Under the pieces are notes generated by a model. The model saw only the letters and a program-made list of their open reading frames with translations, was not told the DNA's origin and searched no databases. DNA of 64,000 nucleotides from Mustelus asterias (lineage: Eukaryota), in the NCBI RefSeq assembly GCF_964213995.1, contig NC_135812.1:98704001-98768000 (forward strand). The letters run 5' to 3'. Position numbers and translations under genes: made by a program. Below, in pieces: positions 1 through 11,471 of this stretch. Each line of letters starts with the position of its first letter. The stretch's first letter is position 1.

Positions 1-236
1 ACCAACCGACTCAAGAACAGCTCTTTCCCTGCTTCCATCAGACCTTTGAATGGTCCTATCACATATTAAGCTGATCTTTCTCCTCACCCTATCGGTAACT
101 GCAACACTATTTTCTGCACCCTATCCTTTTCTTCTCCCCTGTGTACGCTATGAACAGTATGTTTTGTCTGTATAGCTTGCAGGAAACAATACTTTTCACT
201 GTATCCCAATACATATGACAATAAATCAATTCAATT
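1..236 (+). mobile_element. 3' end of Rex1/Babar-type LINE
   Basis: Begins TNRLKNSSFPASIRPLNG (Rex1/Babar C-terminal motif TNRLKNSFFPxAIRLLN) and ends in AATAAA plus tcaat repeats; a second copy is at 46440-46782. Confidence 0.6.
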
Positions 237-551
237 CTGTGAGAGTATTCATCTACTTATGGATGGCGCTGTTTGGAGAAGCTGCCTCTTCAGGCAAGCT
301 TCTGTCCAATATGTGGACATCATTCATGTCCCAGGTCTTCCTCAGAAAGAAAATGGCACATGGCCCCAAACTTGGTTGAAAGAAGGAAATCCATCATTGC
401 TACATGTGACCAAAACCATATAGTTGACTCTCAAATAACTGAAGTTTGGACAATAAATGCAGACTTGCCCACATAACCTGAAAAAGAATTTAATAACATT
501 TACAAATCTCACATGGGGAAGAGAAGATAGCAACAATCAGAAGAATTGCAC

Positions 552-642
552 CTTTAGCGATTTCTTTGATATGAGCTTCTACTACTGCATCCTTGTCCAT
601 GCGATGTGACCAGCAACTCGGAGAATACTGCTTTTCAAGCTC
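552..642 (-). CDS. AFMID: Kynurenine formamidase (arylformamidase), coding exon 2
   Basis: tgtag|GAG...AAAG|gtgca, 91 nt, ELEKQYSPSCWSHRMDKDAVVEAHIKEIAK(G); matches the vertebrate AFMID motif ELExQYxPSxW; divergent to TK1 as in human. Remaining exons lie left of the window. Confidence 0.9.
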
Positions 643-2124
643 CTACAGCAAATAAAAATGTGAACAAAGTCATACATTTAACGACACATCAAACAACCTC
701 AGTTCAACAAAAACAAGTGAAACTAAACTATTTTCACCTGATTTGGGTTATCGGACACAAGTGCCAAATAAAAATTTGGTTTCTCGTAACCTGCAAAAGA
801 CTGACTGACATTTGAGAGTTCATTTCACCTTTATGAAGCACATCACCAGTGCAGTTACAACGTGGTTATAGAATGTCACTTTCAGAATGGAAAATAAAAC
901 AACAAATATTAAAAATTAGATACAGAAACATAGAATATGAGGGTCGATTCCATGACTCAGAGTTCTCAGCATGAAGCTTCATGAGCACTTGGCGTGGTCT
1001 TCTGGCTCTTCAAGCCGGCTACTTATTCTGGTCCCGCTGACAGCGTACCCCTGTCGCATGTTTCCCGGCAGTGTGAGGTGGAATCAATATGAAATCCCAT
1101 TTCTCGCGGCGGGACCAGAAGATCCCGCTGCCGAGAGACGGCACAGGGAGGCCAGAGAATCCCGGAGTTTATGTCTTATGAAATGTGATTGAATGCTGCC
1201 AGGCCACAACTTCTGGCCAGTTAGGTCTGGGGTTGGGACGCGTGTTCTGGGATCTTAAGAAACCTCTTAGCCTCATTCTTTATCATTCTCCTTGCTGGGA
1301 AAGGCACATATGATATTGGGGATGGTGTAATTCTAGGAAGGTGGCTAGCCCAACTATTTGTCACTGCAGGACCACAGTCAGTGGCCATCTTGAAGAGGTC
1401 ATCATGTTCATTCTCTCACATGGTGAACAATCTCTTTGATTGGTCAACTGGCTAATGGCAGAACAAAATGGTCATTACCCACAATCATTGCTGGAGCACT
1501 GGGCATGTTACTGGCTCCGGCCACTTGAGGGGGCAATGGAATCTCTGGTGGTCCAGGCACAAGTTTACCTCCAGAAGTCCAAAACACTTTCACATTGTAA
1601 ACATTGGTAAAATGCCAAGGTGTGCTTGGTTTACTGATATGCCATGCTATTTTAATCACGTAAATACTGCTCAACGCTACATACAGCAGGCTGCATCTCA
1701 GATTCCCTGTTTTAAATTTAACTTTTGTTGACTAAGTGTGACCATTTCTTATTTGGAGTAAAGAACTAGGAGTTCCAGACACACTGCCATGGGAACTGGA
1801 ACTCAGGGTCTGCACCCACATTCCATAAAATTCAGACTTAATTAACACATGGCACCATGTGATAAAATAGAGTTGTGAAGAAACCCAAGATACCTCCATG
1901 AAATTCAAATTCAGAATAAAATGTACAGCACCCTTCATAGAAAAGCAATGTTGAGATCTTGTTTGTAACATGTGCTTCACTGGAATGCTTGTCTCCTGGC
2001 TTCCAAACATACTGAGAGGATTCTCTGAACTGCTCATTCAGAGAACATGGTATGTACTATCTATTGATCAGGCATGAGGAGGTAATTAAAATGGTAATTA
2101 AAAGAACTAAACACATTCACCTAC

Positions 2125-2154
2125 TTCTTTATTCATTTCCTTCCAATGACTCAT
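2125..2154 (-). CDS. AFMID: Kynurenine formamidase, first coding exon (MSHWKEMNKE)
   Basis: GGCAGC-ATG AGT CAT TGG AAG GAA ATG AAT AAA GAA|gtagg; phase 0 joins exon 552-642 (compare human ..WKKMSAE|ELENQY). In-frame stop upstream; acceptor ttcttttaatcgacag| suggests the whole exon is 2125-2218. Confidence 0.82.
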
Positions 2155-2273
2155 GCTGCCAGTGATTTATGTTACTCTTCATAAACTTGGACCTTAGCTT
2201 GGAATCAACATTGGTGTCCTGTCGATTAAAAGAAGAATTATGAACTGACTAGTGATTAACGGAACTTTGATGA

Positions 2274-2622
2274 ATCCTAGAATCCCTACAGTGCAGAAGG
2301 AGGCCATTTGGCCCATCAAGTCTGTATTGAGACTCTGACAGAGTATCTTACCCAGGCCCTCTCCCCTCCTCTATCCCCGCACATTTACCATGGTTAACCC
2401 CTCTAATCTACACACTTTGGGACAAAGGGGCAATTTAGCATGGCCAACCAACCCAACCTGAACATCTTTGGACTGTGGGAGGAAACTGGAGCACCCGGAG
2501 GAAACCCACGCAGACACGAGGAGAATGTGCAAATTCCGCACAGTCATTCAAGGCTGGAATTGAACCTGGGTCCCTGGCATTGTGAGACAGCAGTGCTAAC
2601 CACTGTGCCACCATGCTGCCCA
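2274..2622 (-). mobile_element. HE1-like tRNA-derived SINE (CR1-type tail)
   Basis: A-box TGGCACAGTGG, B-box GGTTCAATTCC, shared core GTGGGTTTCCTCCGGGTGCTCC, tail GGCCTCCTTCTGCACTGTAGGGATTCTA. Confidence 0.85.
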
Positions 2623-2805
2623 TAACAATTGTTTACGTATGTGTTTTATACAGTGTAAGTCTTTGATTCAATTGCTTGTATGTCCTGTCATTACACTGCT
2701 TAGAGCATGTTTTAATACTGCATTAATATCTCACTTATTAAGCTGCAAAGGTCAAGTGGGACAGTGTTCCAATTGCCCTGAGGCATGTTGGAAAATTGTG
2801 CAAAT

Positions 2806-3115
2806 TTAGAGTCATAGAATCCAACAGTGCAGAAGGAAGCCATTCGGCCCATCGAGTCTGCACCGACCACAATCCCACCCAGGCTCTATCCCCACAAACC
2901 CATGCATTTACCCTAGCTAGTCCCCAACACTAAGGGGCAATTTAGTATGGTCAATCCACCTAACCCGCACATCTTTGGAATGTGAGAGGAAACCGGAACA
3001 CCTGGAGGAAACCCACGCAGACACAAGGAGAATGTGCAAACTCCACACAGACAGTTACCCAAACCAGGAATCGAACCTGGGTCCCAGGCGCTGTGAGGCA
3101 GCACTGTGCCACCCT
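2806..3115 (-). mobile_element. HE1-like tRNA-derived SINE
   Basis: Same family as 2274-2622. Confidence 0.85.
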
Positions 3116-3367
3116 TGTTGCAGGGAAAAGGGAAACCCCAGAACTCAAATTTTTGCTTATGGAACTTTAAGGTGAAATTATCTGGGGTTAAAATTTGGGT
3201 TCAAATTTGTCACTTCAATGAGGCATCTTAATGTTGTAGACTAAGGAGTTTGGTATCATAGACAGATGTCCCTCAATGTGATAGCCAAGACCCATAGCCT
3301 AGAATCCCACTACAGTAAAAATGAAGGTGAAGTAAACCTTAGTAAAGTAAAATTCAAATTAACTTAG

Positions 3368-4278
3368 TGTCACGATGTTTAAACGATGTTCCCTAAAGAA
3401 GCCCATGAATAATATATTTGTGTGTGTGAAGGCGTACATTTTTTTACGGCGGCAGAACCTCTTCGCTTAAAAAGAAAAGGCCAGTATATTTCAATCTATT
3501 ACTTTGGAAGTTACTTAACAAAAGATAATGTTACTAACACACACGTAAATACACACACGCCCACACACACACACTGTGCAGAGTCTGTACATTCTCCCCG
3601 TGTCTGCATGGATTTCCTCCGGATCCTCCAGTTTCCTCCCACAATTTGAAAGATGTGCAGGTTAGGTGAATTGGCATGCTAAATTCTCCCTCAGTGTACC
3701 CAAACAGGCGCCAGAGTGTGGTGACGAGGGGATTTTCACAGTAACTTCATTGCAGTGTTAATGTAAGCCTACTTGCGACAATAATGAATAATCTTAAAAC
3801 TTAAACATACACATGGACACACGCAAGGACACACACACACACACACATACACGCATACAGACACACATGAAATAGATTTCCTGTGCCTCTCCTGTTAGCT
3901 AACCCTGTATCATGAGTTTCCACAATTCTTGTTAGCCAATGTAGTTGATCAGATACCTTCTCAAAAGTGATCCTAAGAGGATTCTACATACCCCTCTTCA
4001 AACCGGGGAACAAGTTTGGAGAATCCTAGGGCCTTAAAATCAATTTCTGAGTTTTGGGGATTTGGAATGTAACTAGGCAGTGTTGGGAGGGTATTGGTTA
4101 CAGAATGGTGTCTTTTAAATAAGTCTTCTGTTGCCTTCAATTGGTTAACTGCAAGTCTTTATGAACAAATAGAACTATTTATACGTGTACAGTAAAGGGT
4201 GCAGCCTAGGATCTAGCCTTAGGTCTTTATGTCTCTGCTCAACATCACACTTACCCCTAGGCCATGTGACTTCTTACA
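3368..4278 (-). mobile_element. Putative LTR (contains a nested SINE at ~3572-3800 and CA-rich tracts)
   Basis: TGT...ACA termini, TATAAATA on the minus strand at ~4176-4183, close to a minus-strand Gypsy pol relic; no clear TSD. Confidence 0.35.
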
Positions 4279-4353
4279 TTGCTTCTTGGCCTTTTGGGTA
4301 AGACCAAGCGTGAGGTCAGGTGTAATACCCTGTTCTTGTCAGCTTGGATCTGG
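4278..4353 (+). pseudogene. U2 snRNA-derived 5' fragment
   Basis: ATTGCTTCTTGGCCTTTTGGGTAAGACCAAGCGT matches U2 nt 1-34 (recalled sequence) at 29/34, then a 12-nt degenerate duplication and weaker similarity to U2 nt ~35-63; no Sm site or 3' domain. Confidence 0.75.
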
Positions 4354-5480
4354 AATGGTCTACCCCGCAGCCCGTGGATGAAGCATCTGCCGCTATGGTA
4401 GTGAGCAGGGTTGGCTCGTAGTGAGCCAGAGTGTCAGCGGAGAGCAGCATTGCCTCGATGTGATTAATTGCTTGCTCTTGCTACATGTCGCAGCACCACG
4501 CAATCTCTTTCTTGGAAATGTGTCCCAAGAGTTCTGTGAGTTGTGCCAAATTAGGTAAGGATTATGCTTGTTGAATCACTATCCATAGAGGATGCTGGAG
4601 GTTGAGGACTGAGGCAGGAGTGGGGAACTCACTGATCTCCTTGGTTTTCTGTGGGTTCACTGTGATCCTTTGTGGCTGATGATGTGGCCCAGGAAACATT
4701 GGACATTTTGTAAGATTTGCATTTGTCACTCAGCATCAGCCCTGCTTCCTGCAGTCACTCCAAGACTGCTGTGAGCCTTTTATCTTGCTTTTCCACTGTC
4801 GCGCCCTGAGCCAAGATATCATTCATGTGGAAAATGACCCCCTGAAGACCCTGCAAAATGTCTGGCATCATGCATAGGAATATCTCTGGTGCTGACTTGA
4901 GCTCTCTGGCTACGGCCTTGTTAAAATGTGTCAGATCAGCACAAATGTGGAGGGCCCGTTCGGTTTTGGGTCTGGGACCATCACGGAGAACCATTCTTGT
5001 GATTGGGGACATGACCCCCATGTTCACCATATTTGCGAGGCAGCTGCTGTACTCTCTCTACGAGGTGGGTGGGGGAAATTCCATGGAGTGAAAAGGCACA
5101 CTGGGTCTAGCATCCTCTCTCAGTGTGATCCAGGACACGTTTTTCACACAGACCAGCTCCATAAAGAGCTTCAGGAACTCACTTTTATATTTGGAGCCAG
5201 TCTCTTGACCTCTTCAATTTTTGCGGGAAGTTCAAGTCGACACAGGCTTTGCGGCTTCACAGTGAGCAGTACTGGTTGTGGATGATAAACAGGGTCACCT
5301 GGTTTGTTCTGTCCTTATACCTGTGTGTCGCCTGCAGGGTGTCCTTGACTGGAAGTCTCAAGCCTTCTGCCGCGTACAGGGGTGTTGTGCATGGCATCAG
5401 CCGTCGGGTTGCCAGCCATGGTTCTTTGTCCAAGACAATGGTTATGCCAGCACCTGATTTGTTCAATGGTTGTTGGCAAA
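4354..5480 (-). mobile_element. Degenerate Ty3/Gypsy pol fragment (protease region-RT-RNase H)
   Basis: Translated motifs ICADLTHFNKAVARE, SAPEIF..ILQGLQGVIFHMNDIL (YxDD position), FLGHII, LAHYEPTLLTTIAADASSTG; frameshifts, stops and internal deletion. Confidence 0.85.
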
Positions 5481-5499
5481 GATACCTGTGTTCCAGAGT

Positions 5500-6416
5500 G
5501 AGAAACCCCGAAGTGGGGTTGTTCGCTGATGATTGCACAATGCTCAGTACTATTCATGACCCCTCAGATACTGAAGCAGTCCATGTTCAAATGCAACAAG
5601 ATCTGGACAATATCCAAGCTTAGGCTGACAAGTGGCAAGTAACATTTGCGCCACACAAATGCCAGGCAATGATCATCACTGATAAGAGACACTCTAACCA
5701 CCACCCCTTGACATTCAATGGTGTTACCATTACTGAATGTCCCACTGTCAACATCCTTGGGGTTACCATTGACCAGAAACTCAACTGGACGCACCGCATA
5801 AACACAGTGGCTACCAGAGTAGGTCAGAGGCTAGGAATACTGCAGTAACTCACCTCCTGACTCCCCAAAGCCTGTCCACTATCTACAAGGCACAAGTCAG
5901 GAGTGTAATGGAATACTTCCCACTTGCCTGGATGAGTGCAGTTCCAACAACACTTAAGAGGTTTGACGCCATCCAGGACAAAGCAGCCCACTTGATTGGC
6001 ACTACATCCACAAACATTCACTCCCTCCACCACCGATGCTCAGTTGCAGCAGTGTGTACCATCTGCAAGATGCAGAACAGTACTTCACCAAGGATCCTTA
6101 GACAGCACCTTCCAAACCCACGACCACTTCCATCTAGAAGGACAAGGACAGCAGATACATGGGAAGACCACCACCTGCAAGTTCCCCTCCAAGCCACTCA
6201 CCATTCTGACTTGGAAATATATTGCCGTTCCTTCGCAGTCGCTGGGTCAAAATCCTGGAATTCCCTCCCTAACAGCATTGTGGGCCGATCCACAACACAT
6301 GGATTCCAGCGATTCAAAAGAAGGCAGCTCACCACCACCTTCTCAAGGGCAACTAGGGATGGGCAATAAATGCTGGCCAGTCAGCGACACCCATATCCCA
6401 TCAATGAATATTAAAA
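5500..6416 (+). mobile_element. LINE 3' portion (CR1/L2-group RT C-terminus and 3'UTR)
   Basis: LFADDCT..LDNIQA*ADKWQVTFAPHKCQ, MEYFPLAW..FDAIQDKAAHLIG; tail AGGGCAACTAGGGATGGGCAATAAATGCTGGCC. Related fragments at ~16420-16920(-), 21400-21530(-), 33635-33990(+), 37480-37625(+), 47860-48075(-). Confidence 0.85.
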
Positions 6417-7810
6417 ATCCCTGATACCCCTGAACCCTATCCCCCATTCCCATTTACTCTTCTCCCACTCCAACCTGCAATCTGTTCCAGAGTTGCGATC
6501 TTCCCCCATCCTCCGACAATCTCTCCCTACCTCGGTTCTGTTCCCCAGCTCTCCAAGGGAGACCTTCTTTCCACCTGTCAGCCAGCCTACCTCTCGGACT
6601 GGCTGGCCAGGAACTGCAGAAAAACATTATCACCCCGAGGTCCTGTCCTTAAATTGGGGAAAGGATTCACGTCACCCACCTTTCCAGGGTTCCAGGTTGC
6701 TACAAGCCACCATGCCCCCTCTCACCCCTCCGCATTGTACTCAAGTCCTTCCCCTAGGTGTCTGTCTAATGAAGGCAAAGCAAAATAATCACAAAGTCAA
6801 ATCAGCCTCAGCTCTTGGTATTCACCGACATCTAGCAGTCATCTAAACCGAAACTCTCTCTTGAATATTGGAGAAGAGACGATAGCTACAAGTTTTAACA
6901 TTGCTCTTACCAGTGCACTGTGCTGGGCTGCTTGAACTTTGCAACTCTGTGCAGGAGCAAACTGTTTGGCAGGATTCGTGTAACTCCCGATTGGCCAATC
7001 AAAGTCAGGTGCTGTGTTAACAACCTGTTAAGTTTAAACTAACAGCTGCTGCTACCCTGTGCAGACAACTTAGAGAGAGGTCATGCTCCAGCAAACTTTC
7101 GCTGCACTGACACCAAATCATTGAATCCATTTAATGTTTGCTGAAGCAAAACATGGGGCACGTTGCAGAAGCGGGTCAGCCAGGCTTCTGTCTCGTCAGC
7201 CTGGACATTTCCCAGTGCAGCTCTTTTGCTCTGAATCCTCTCTAGTTTGTGAGAAATCTTCTGGGCTGCACAAGGCATTACCAAACCAAAATACTTGATG
7301 TGGCTACCAACAAATGCACTTCTGTCTCGGGGGTTGAGGCCACTCCTGATCAGTATTGGAAAACACATCTGAATGAGAATAAAGCCATATTTCAAAAGCC
7401 CACTGACTCACATCTGAAATCCAGGCACTCGTCGTGGGCCTCATTCAGCAAAAGCTATTTGGACACAATGCAATCAAAATTAGGATGAATCTCACCCATA
7501 CTTTGGATGTGTAATGGATGTAATGGGTGCCAAATTCTGGCCATGAGATCCTGCATAAAATCTGCACTAAATCACCATGTTGTCCTTCAATAATTTTTCG
7601 GAAACCCTTTGTAGTCTCTGGAAATCAGTGATGGATCAATTAGAATATTCAGGGTCAGGTCATTGCCTATATCACAAATTGTTTGAAAAGCTACGTGGAG
7701 CAAACATATGGCATACAAACTGCAACTATTTCCTTCAGTTCTAAAGTGGCCTAAACTAGGACCGTAAATGGTTCACTGGAGGCATAGCTAAAGCTACAAA
7801 AGGTATATAT

Positions 7811-8175
7811 TTTTATTCATTCATGAGACGTGTGTGTTGCTGGCTGGGCAAGCATTTGTTGCCCATTCCTTATTGCCCTTGAACTGAGAAGCTTGCTAGA
7901 CCAATTAAGAGGGCAGTTAAGAGTCAACCACATTGCTGTTGATCTGGAGTCTCGTGTAGGCCAGACCAGGTAAAGACAGCAGATTTCCTTCCCTAAAGGA
8001 CATTAGTGAACCAATGCATTGACAATCGACAATGGTTTCATGTTCAACATTAGACTTTTAATTACAAAGTTTTATTGAATTCAAATTTCACCATATGCCA
8101 TGGTGGGATTTGAACCTGCGTCCCCAGAGCATTACTCTAATTCAATGGCGATACCACTGCGCCACCGCCTCTCCC
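7811..8175 (-). mobile_element. Second tRNA-derived SINE family (tail shared with the LINE at 5500-6416)
   Basis: B-box GGTTCAAATCC, core GTCCTTTAGGGAAGGAAATCTGC; other copies at 24410-24750(+), 50625-50850(-), 58716-59105(+), 59875-60210(-). Confidence 0.75.
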
Positions 8176-8589
8176 AAAACCCCACTGCTTCAAAAGGGTA
8201 CCTTTGCCTTTATAGCCCATAGCACAGAGTCACCAACCTTAAGACTGCTCTCTTGGATCATCTGAGCTTCTCTCAATCCCACTTTGCTTCAAGTCTACTC
8301 CCTAAAACTCTTTCTTTACTTGAGCCTCTTTATTTGGTTCCTTTACTGAACAGGATCTGTTTCTGACCTCTCCTCTTGTCCCTTAGCCAGAACTGTGTCA
8401 TGATAATGGAGTAAAAAAACACCAATTACGCTCAGAAATATTGGACTTTAAATAAGAGCTGTGGTTTTAAAAATGGACATACAAATCAAAGAGGGTGGAG
8501 GATGTAAATTCAGTCACTGGCTGAATAGCTGATGAATGATACTGAGAGAGAAGCAATGGGAAATGTAGGAGGGAATGAACGAATTGAGT

Positions 8590-9205
8590 CTTCTGAGACC
8601 ATGTAGGACTTCAACAAAAACGGCTTTATTCAACATGCATGAGGGAGAGCAGAACTCGCGGCTGTAACTACAGCTTGCTTCCGAGCTACTCTGCTAATCA
8701 TCGGTTCTTACATACTCTTATACTTTTTTGTGTTACAAAGTGCTACACTTCGATTAGATCATCAGATTGTTACTTTGGATTGGTCACAGTTCTGTTTTTG
8801 ATTACATTATGCAGATCCATTGCCTTAGTGCTTCAGCTTTAATCGCTTACTGGACATCTCCTGTCTAACTGTTTACAATATCAAAGCCTTGTATTTGTCA
8901 AACTGATTTCGATGGGGTGTTAATTGTCCCATCTCCTGGATATTTGATTAAGTTTTCAGAGGCATAATGGTTCCTCTAGATCTTTTGGAGCCTTGATAAT
9001 TGATATCAATTCTCATATGGTTGTTGTAACCTCGGAGAAATACCATCTGGGATGTGACTGTCTTAGTACCGTCTGAGATATAATTATTTGTATTTTGTTC
9101 TGTCTGCCTGCAGGGAGTGTGGATGCTACAGTACTGTCTGTTTAACCCTTTCTATACACTCTTCTCCTGCTGCAGCCCACACTCCCTGGGTTTTGCCCTA
9201 CTACA
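8590..9205 (-). mobile_element. Putative LTR with tRNA-Leu-like primer binding site
   Basis: TGTAG...CTACA termini (8602-9205), AATAAA ~25 nt from the 3' end on the minus strand, immediately followed by TGGTCTCAGAAG (11/12 to the tRNA-Leu PBS TGGTGTCAGAAG). Confidence 0.45.
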
Positions 9206-9225
9206 GAACCACACCCTGTTTCCAG

Positions 9226-9924
9226 ACAAAGAACAAAGAACAGTACAGCACAGGAAACAGGCCCTTCGGCCCTCCAAGCCTGTGCCGCTCATTGGTCCAA
9301 CTAGACCATTCGTTTGTATCCCTCCATTCCCAGACTGCTCATGTGACTATCCAGGTAAGTCTTAAACGATGCCAGCGTGTCTGCCTCCACCACCCTACTT
9401 GGCAGCGCATTCCAGACCCCCACCACTCTCTGTGTAAAAAATGTCCCTCTGATATCTGAGTTATACCTTGCCCCTCTCGCCTTGAGCCCGTGACCCCTCG
9501 TGATCGTCACCTCTGACCTGGGAAAAAGCTTTCCACTATTCACCCTATCTATACCCTTCATAATTTTGTACACCTCTATTAGGTCTCCCCTCATTCTCCA
9601 TCTTTCCAGGGAGAACAACCCCAGTTTACCCAACCTCTCCTCATAGCTAAGACCCTCCATACCAGGCAACATCCTGGTAAACCTTCTCTGCACTCTCTCT
9701 AAAGCCTCCACGTCCTTCTGGTAGTGCGGCGACCAGAACTGGACGCAGTACTCCAAATGCGGCCTAACCAGCGTTCTATACAGCTGCAACATCAGACTCC
9801 AGCTTTTATACTCTATACCCCATCCTATAAAGGCAAGCATACCATATGCCTTCTTCACCACCTTCTCCACCTGTGCTGCCACCTTCAAGGATTTGTGGAC
9901 TTGCACACCTAGGTCCCTCTGTGT
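9226..9924 (-). mobile_element. CR1 LINE 3' fragment (RT C-terminus, 201-aa open stretch)
   Basis: LYRTLVRPHLEYCVQFWSPHYQKDVEALERVQRRFTRMLPG..RGDLIEVYKI..FFTQRVVGVWNALP; tail (gttcttt)n. Confidence 0.93.
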
Positions 9925-10267
9925 TTAGAAACATACATAGAAACCCTACAGTGCAGAAGGAGGCCATTCGGCCCATCGAGTCTGCACCGACCACAATCCC
10001 ACCCAGGCCCTACCCCCACATATTTTTACCCGCTAATCCCTCTAACCTACGCATCCCAGGACTCTAAGGGACAAGTTTTAACCTGGCCAATCAACCTAAC
10101 CCGCACATCTTTGGACTGTGGGAGGAAACCGGAGCACCCGGAGCAAACCCACGCAGACACGAGGAGAATGTGCAAACTCCACACAGACAGTGACCCGAGC
10201 CGGGAATCGAACCCGGGACCCTGGAGCTGTGAAGCAGCAGTGCTAACCACTGTGCTACCGTGCCACC
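9925..10267 (-). mobile_element. HE1-like SINE, full length
   Basis: Near-identical to copies at 39646-39999 and 53968-54310. Confidence 0.9.
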
Positions 10268-10832
10268 AGTTTCTGCAGTGCCCACTACTAGCAGGAAGTC
10301 CACTGACATTTACCCTATTAATTGATAAATGATAAAGGGGTAGTGAGTTTCTATACTCTTGATGGCTCTGCCATTTATTGTATAACATTAGTTCTTCCAA
10401 AATGGAAGAGGACCACGGACACATCAAAAACACAAAGGCCATACTGAAACTAATTGGCATCCCCTGTGGTAAATAATAGGAACTGGCTATCATCTCAGCA
10501 AGAAGGCTACTGTGAGTCATGTCCTGGACAGGATTGTAGTAATTGTAGATTGTAGATTGTTGCCTTCCGGGAATATACAACAATTGGGATAAAAGCCAGC
10601 TGCAAAGTTGGGTCAGATGTGGTGTTGTGCTGGGTGTGGCACAGAAGCAAAAGCCAGCCAGCAACAGACACCACTCCAAAGTATTTTTCTGCAAGTTAAT
10701 CTTTCTATCTAATTGCTGAAAGCCTTCCAATCATTTTCACTATGTACACCAGTTTCTGCAGTGCCCACTACTAGCAGGAAGTCCACTGACATTTACCCTA
10801 TTAATTGATAAATGATAAAGGGGTAGTGAGTT
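10264..10832. repeat. Exact 86-bp direct repeat (10264-10349 and 10747-10832)
   Basis: CACCAGTTTCTGCAGTGCCCACTAC...GGGGTAGTGAGTT is identical in both copies. Confidence 0.93.
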
Positions 10833-11077
10833 GCCTCAGTGTCAAGTTGAGCATGAAGACATTCTCCCGGAGGCTGAAGTTGAACAAACAAATTTTACTT
10901 AAAGGTTGCTTCATTGGCTGCATGCTTCCAGCTAGTCCATAGCACACTCCTCCTAAGTAGGAAAATTCACCTTAAAGAGATTCCCCACGCTAGATGTGGT
11001 TTGGTTGTTCTGACCACACAATCCCTACTTTGTAAGGATGATCTTAAAGTGGCAATCACCACATCGAGGACCACCAC

Positions 11078-11430
11078 AATTTTAAAATTCTCATCCTTAT
11101 TTTCAAATCCCTTCATGACCTCACCCTTCCTGATCTCTATGATCCCCTCCAGCCCCAAAACCTTCCACATATCTGCTTTCCTCAAATCCTGGTCTCTTGA
11201 GCATCTTTGATTTTAATCATTCCACCATTAGCAGCCAGACCTCTAGAATTTCCTCCCTATACTTCTTTGTCTCTGTATCCTTCTTTCAGATCACCTTTAG
11301 CCTACCCCTCTGACCAAATGTATCGTCATTTGCCCTAAAATCTCTCAATGTGGCCACGTTTCTAACTTTGCTTTGTAACATTCTGTGGCGTGCCTTTGGG
11401 GGTTTTATTATGTTAGTGGAACCAAATAAA
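11078..11430 (+). mobile_element. L2-type LINE 3' relic
   Basis: FKILILFSN/KSLHDL motif typical of the L2 ORF2 C-terminus; a related minus-strand relic is at ~15170-15680. Confidence 0.5.
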
Positions 11431-11471
11431 TCTAAGTTTTCCTTAAACAAGGCAACATTATTATTTAATGG

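Noticed and set aside
257-477. Strong-looking minus-strand acceptor at ~477 as AFMID exon 3
   Set aside because: In the required phase it reads GYVGKSAFIVQTSVI*, with no similarity to the expected VPYG..EKxD motif
2435-3175. Recurrent short ORFs (MDCGRKPEHPEETHAD.., VAQWLALL..) as a multicopy peptide family or tRNA genes
   Set aside because: These are translations of HE1-like SINE copies; the tRNA-like heads continue into SINE bodies
4278-4470. Functional U2 snRNA gene
   Set aside because: Only the 5' third is present; no Sm site, 3' stem-loops or recognisable PSE/3' box
7081-7488. Overlapping 104-aa and 79-aa ORFs in unique sequence
   Set aside because: No recognisable homology or splice-consistent coding structure
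10047-10730. 227-aa ORF
   Set aside because: Non-ATG start, no recognisable domain, and the C-terminal third is SINE sequence
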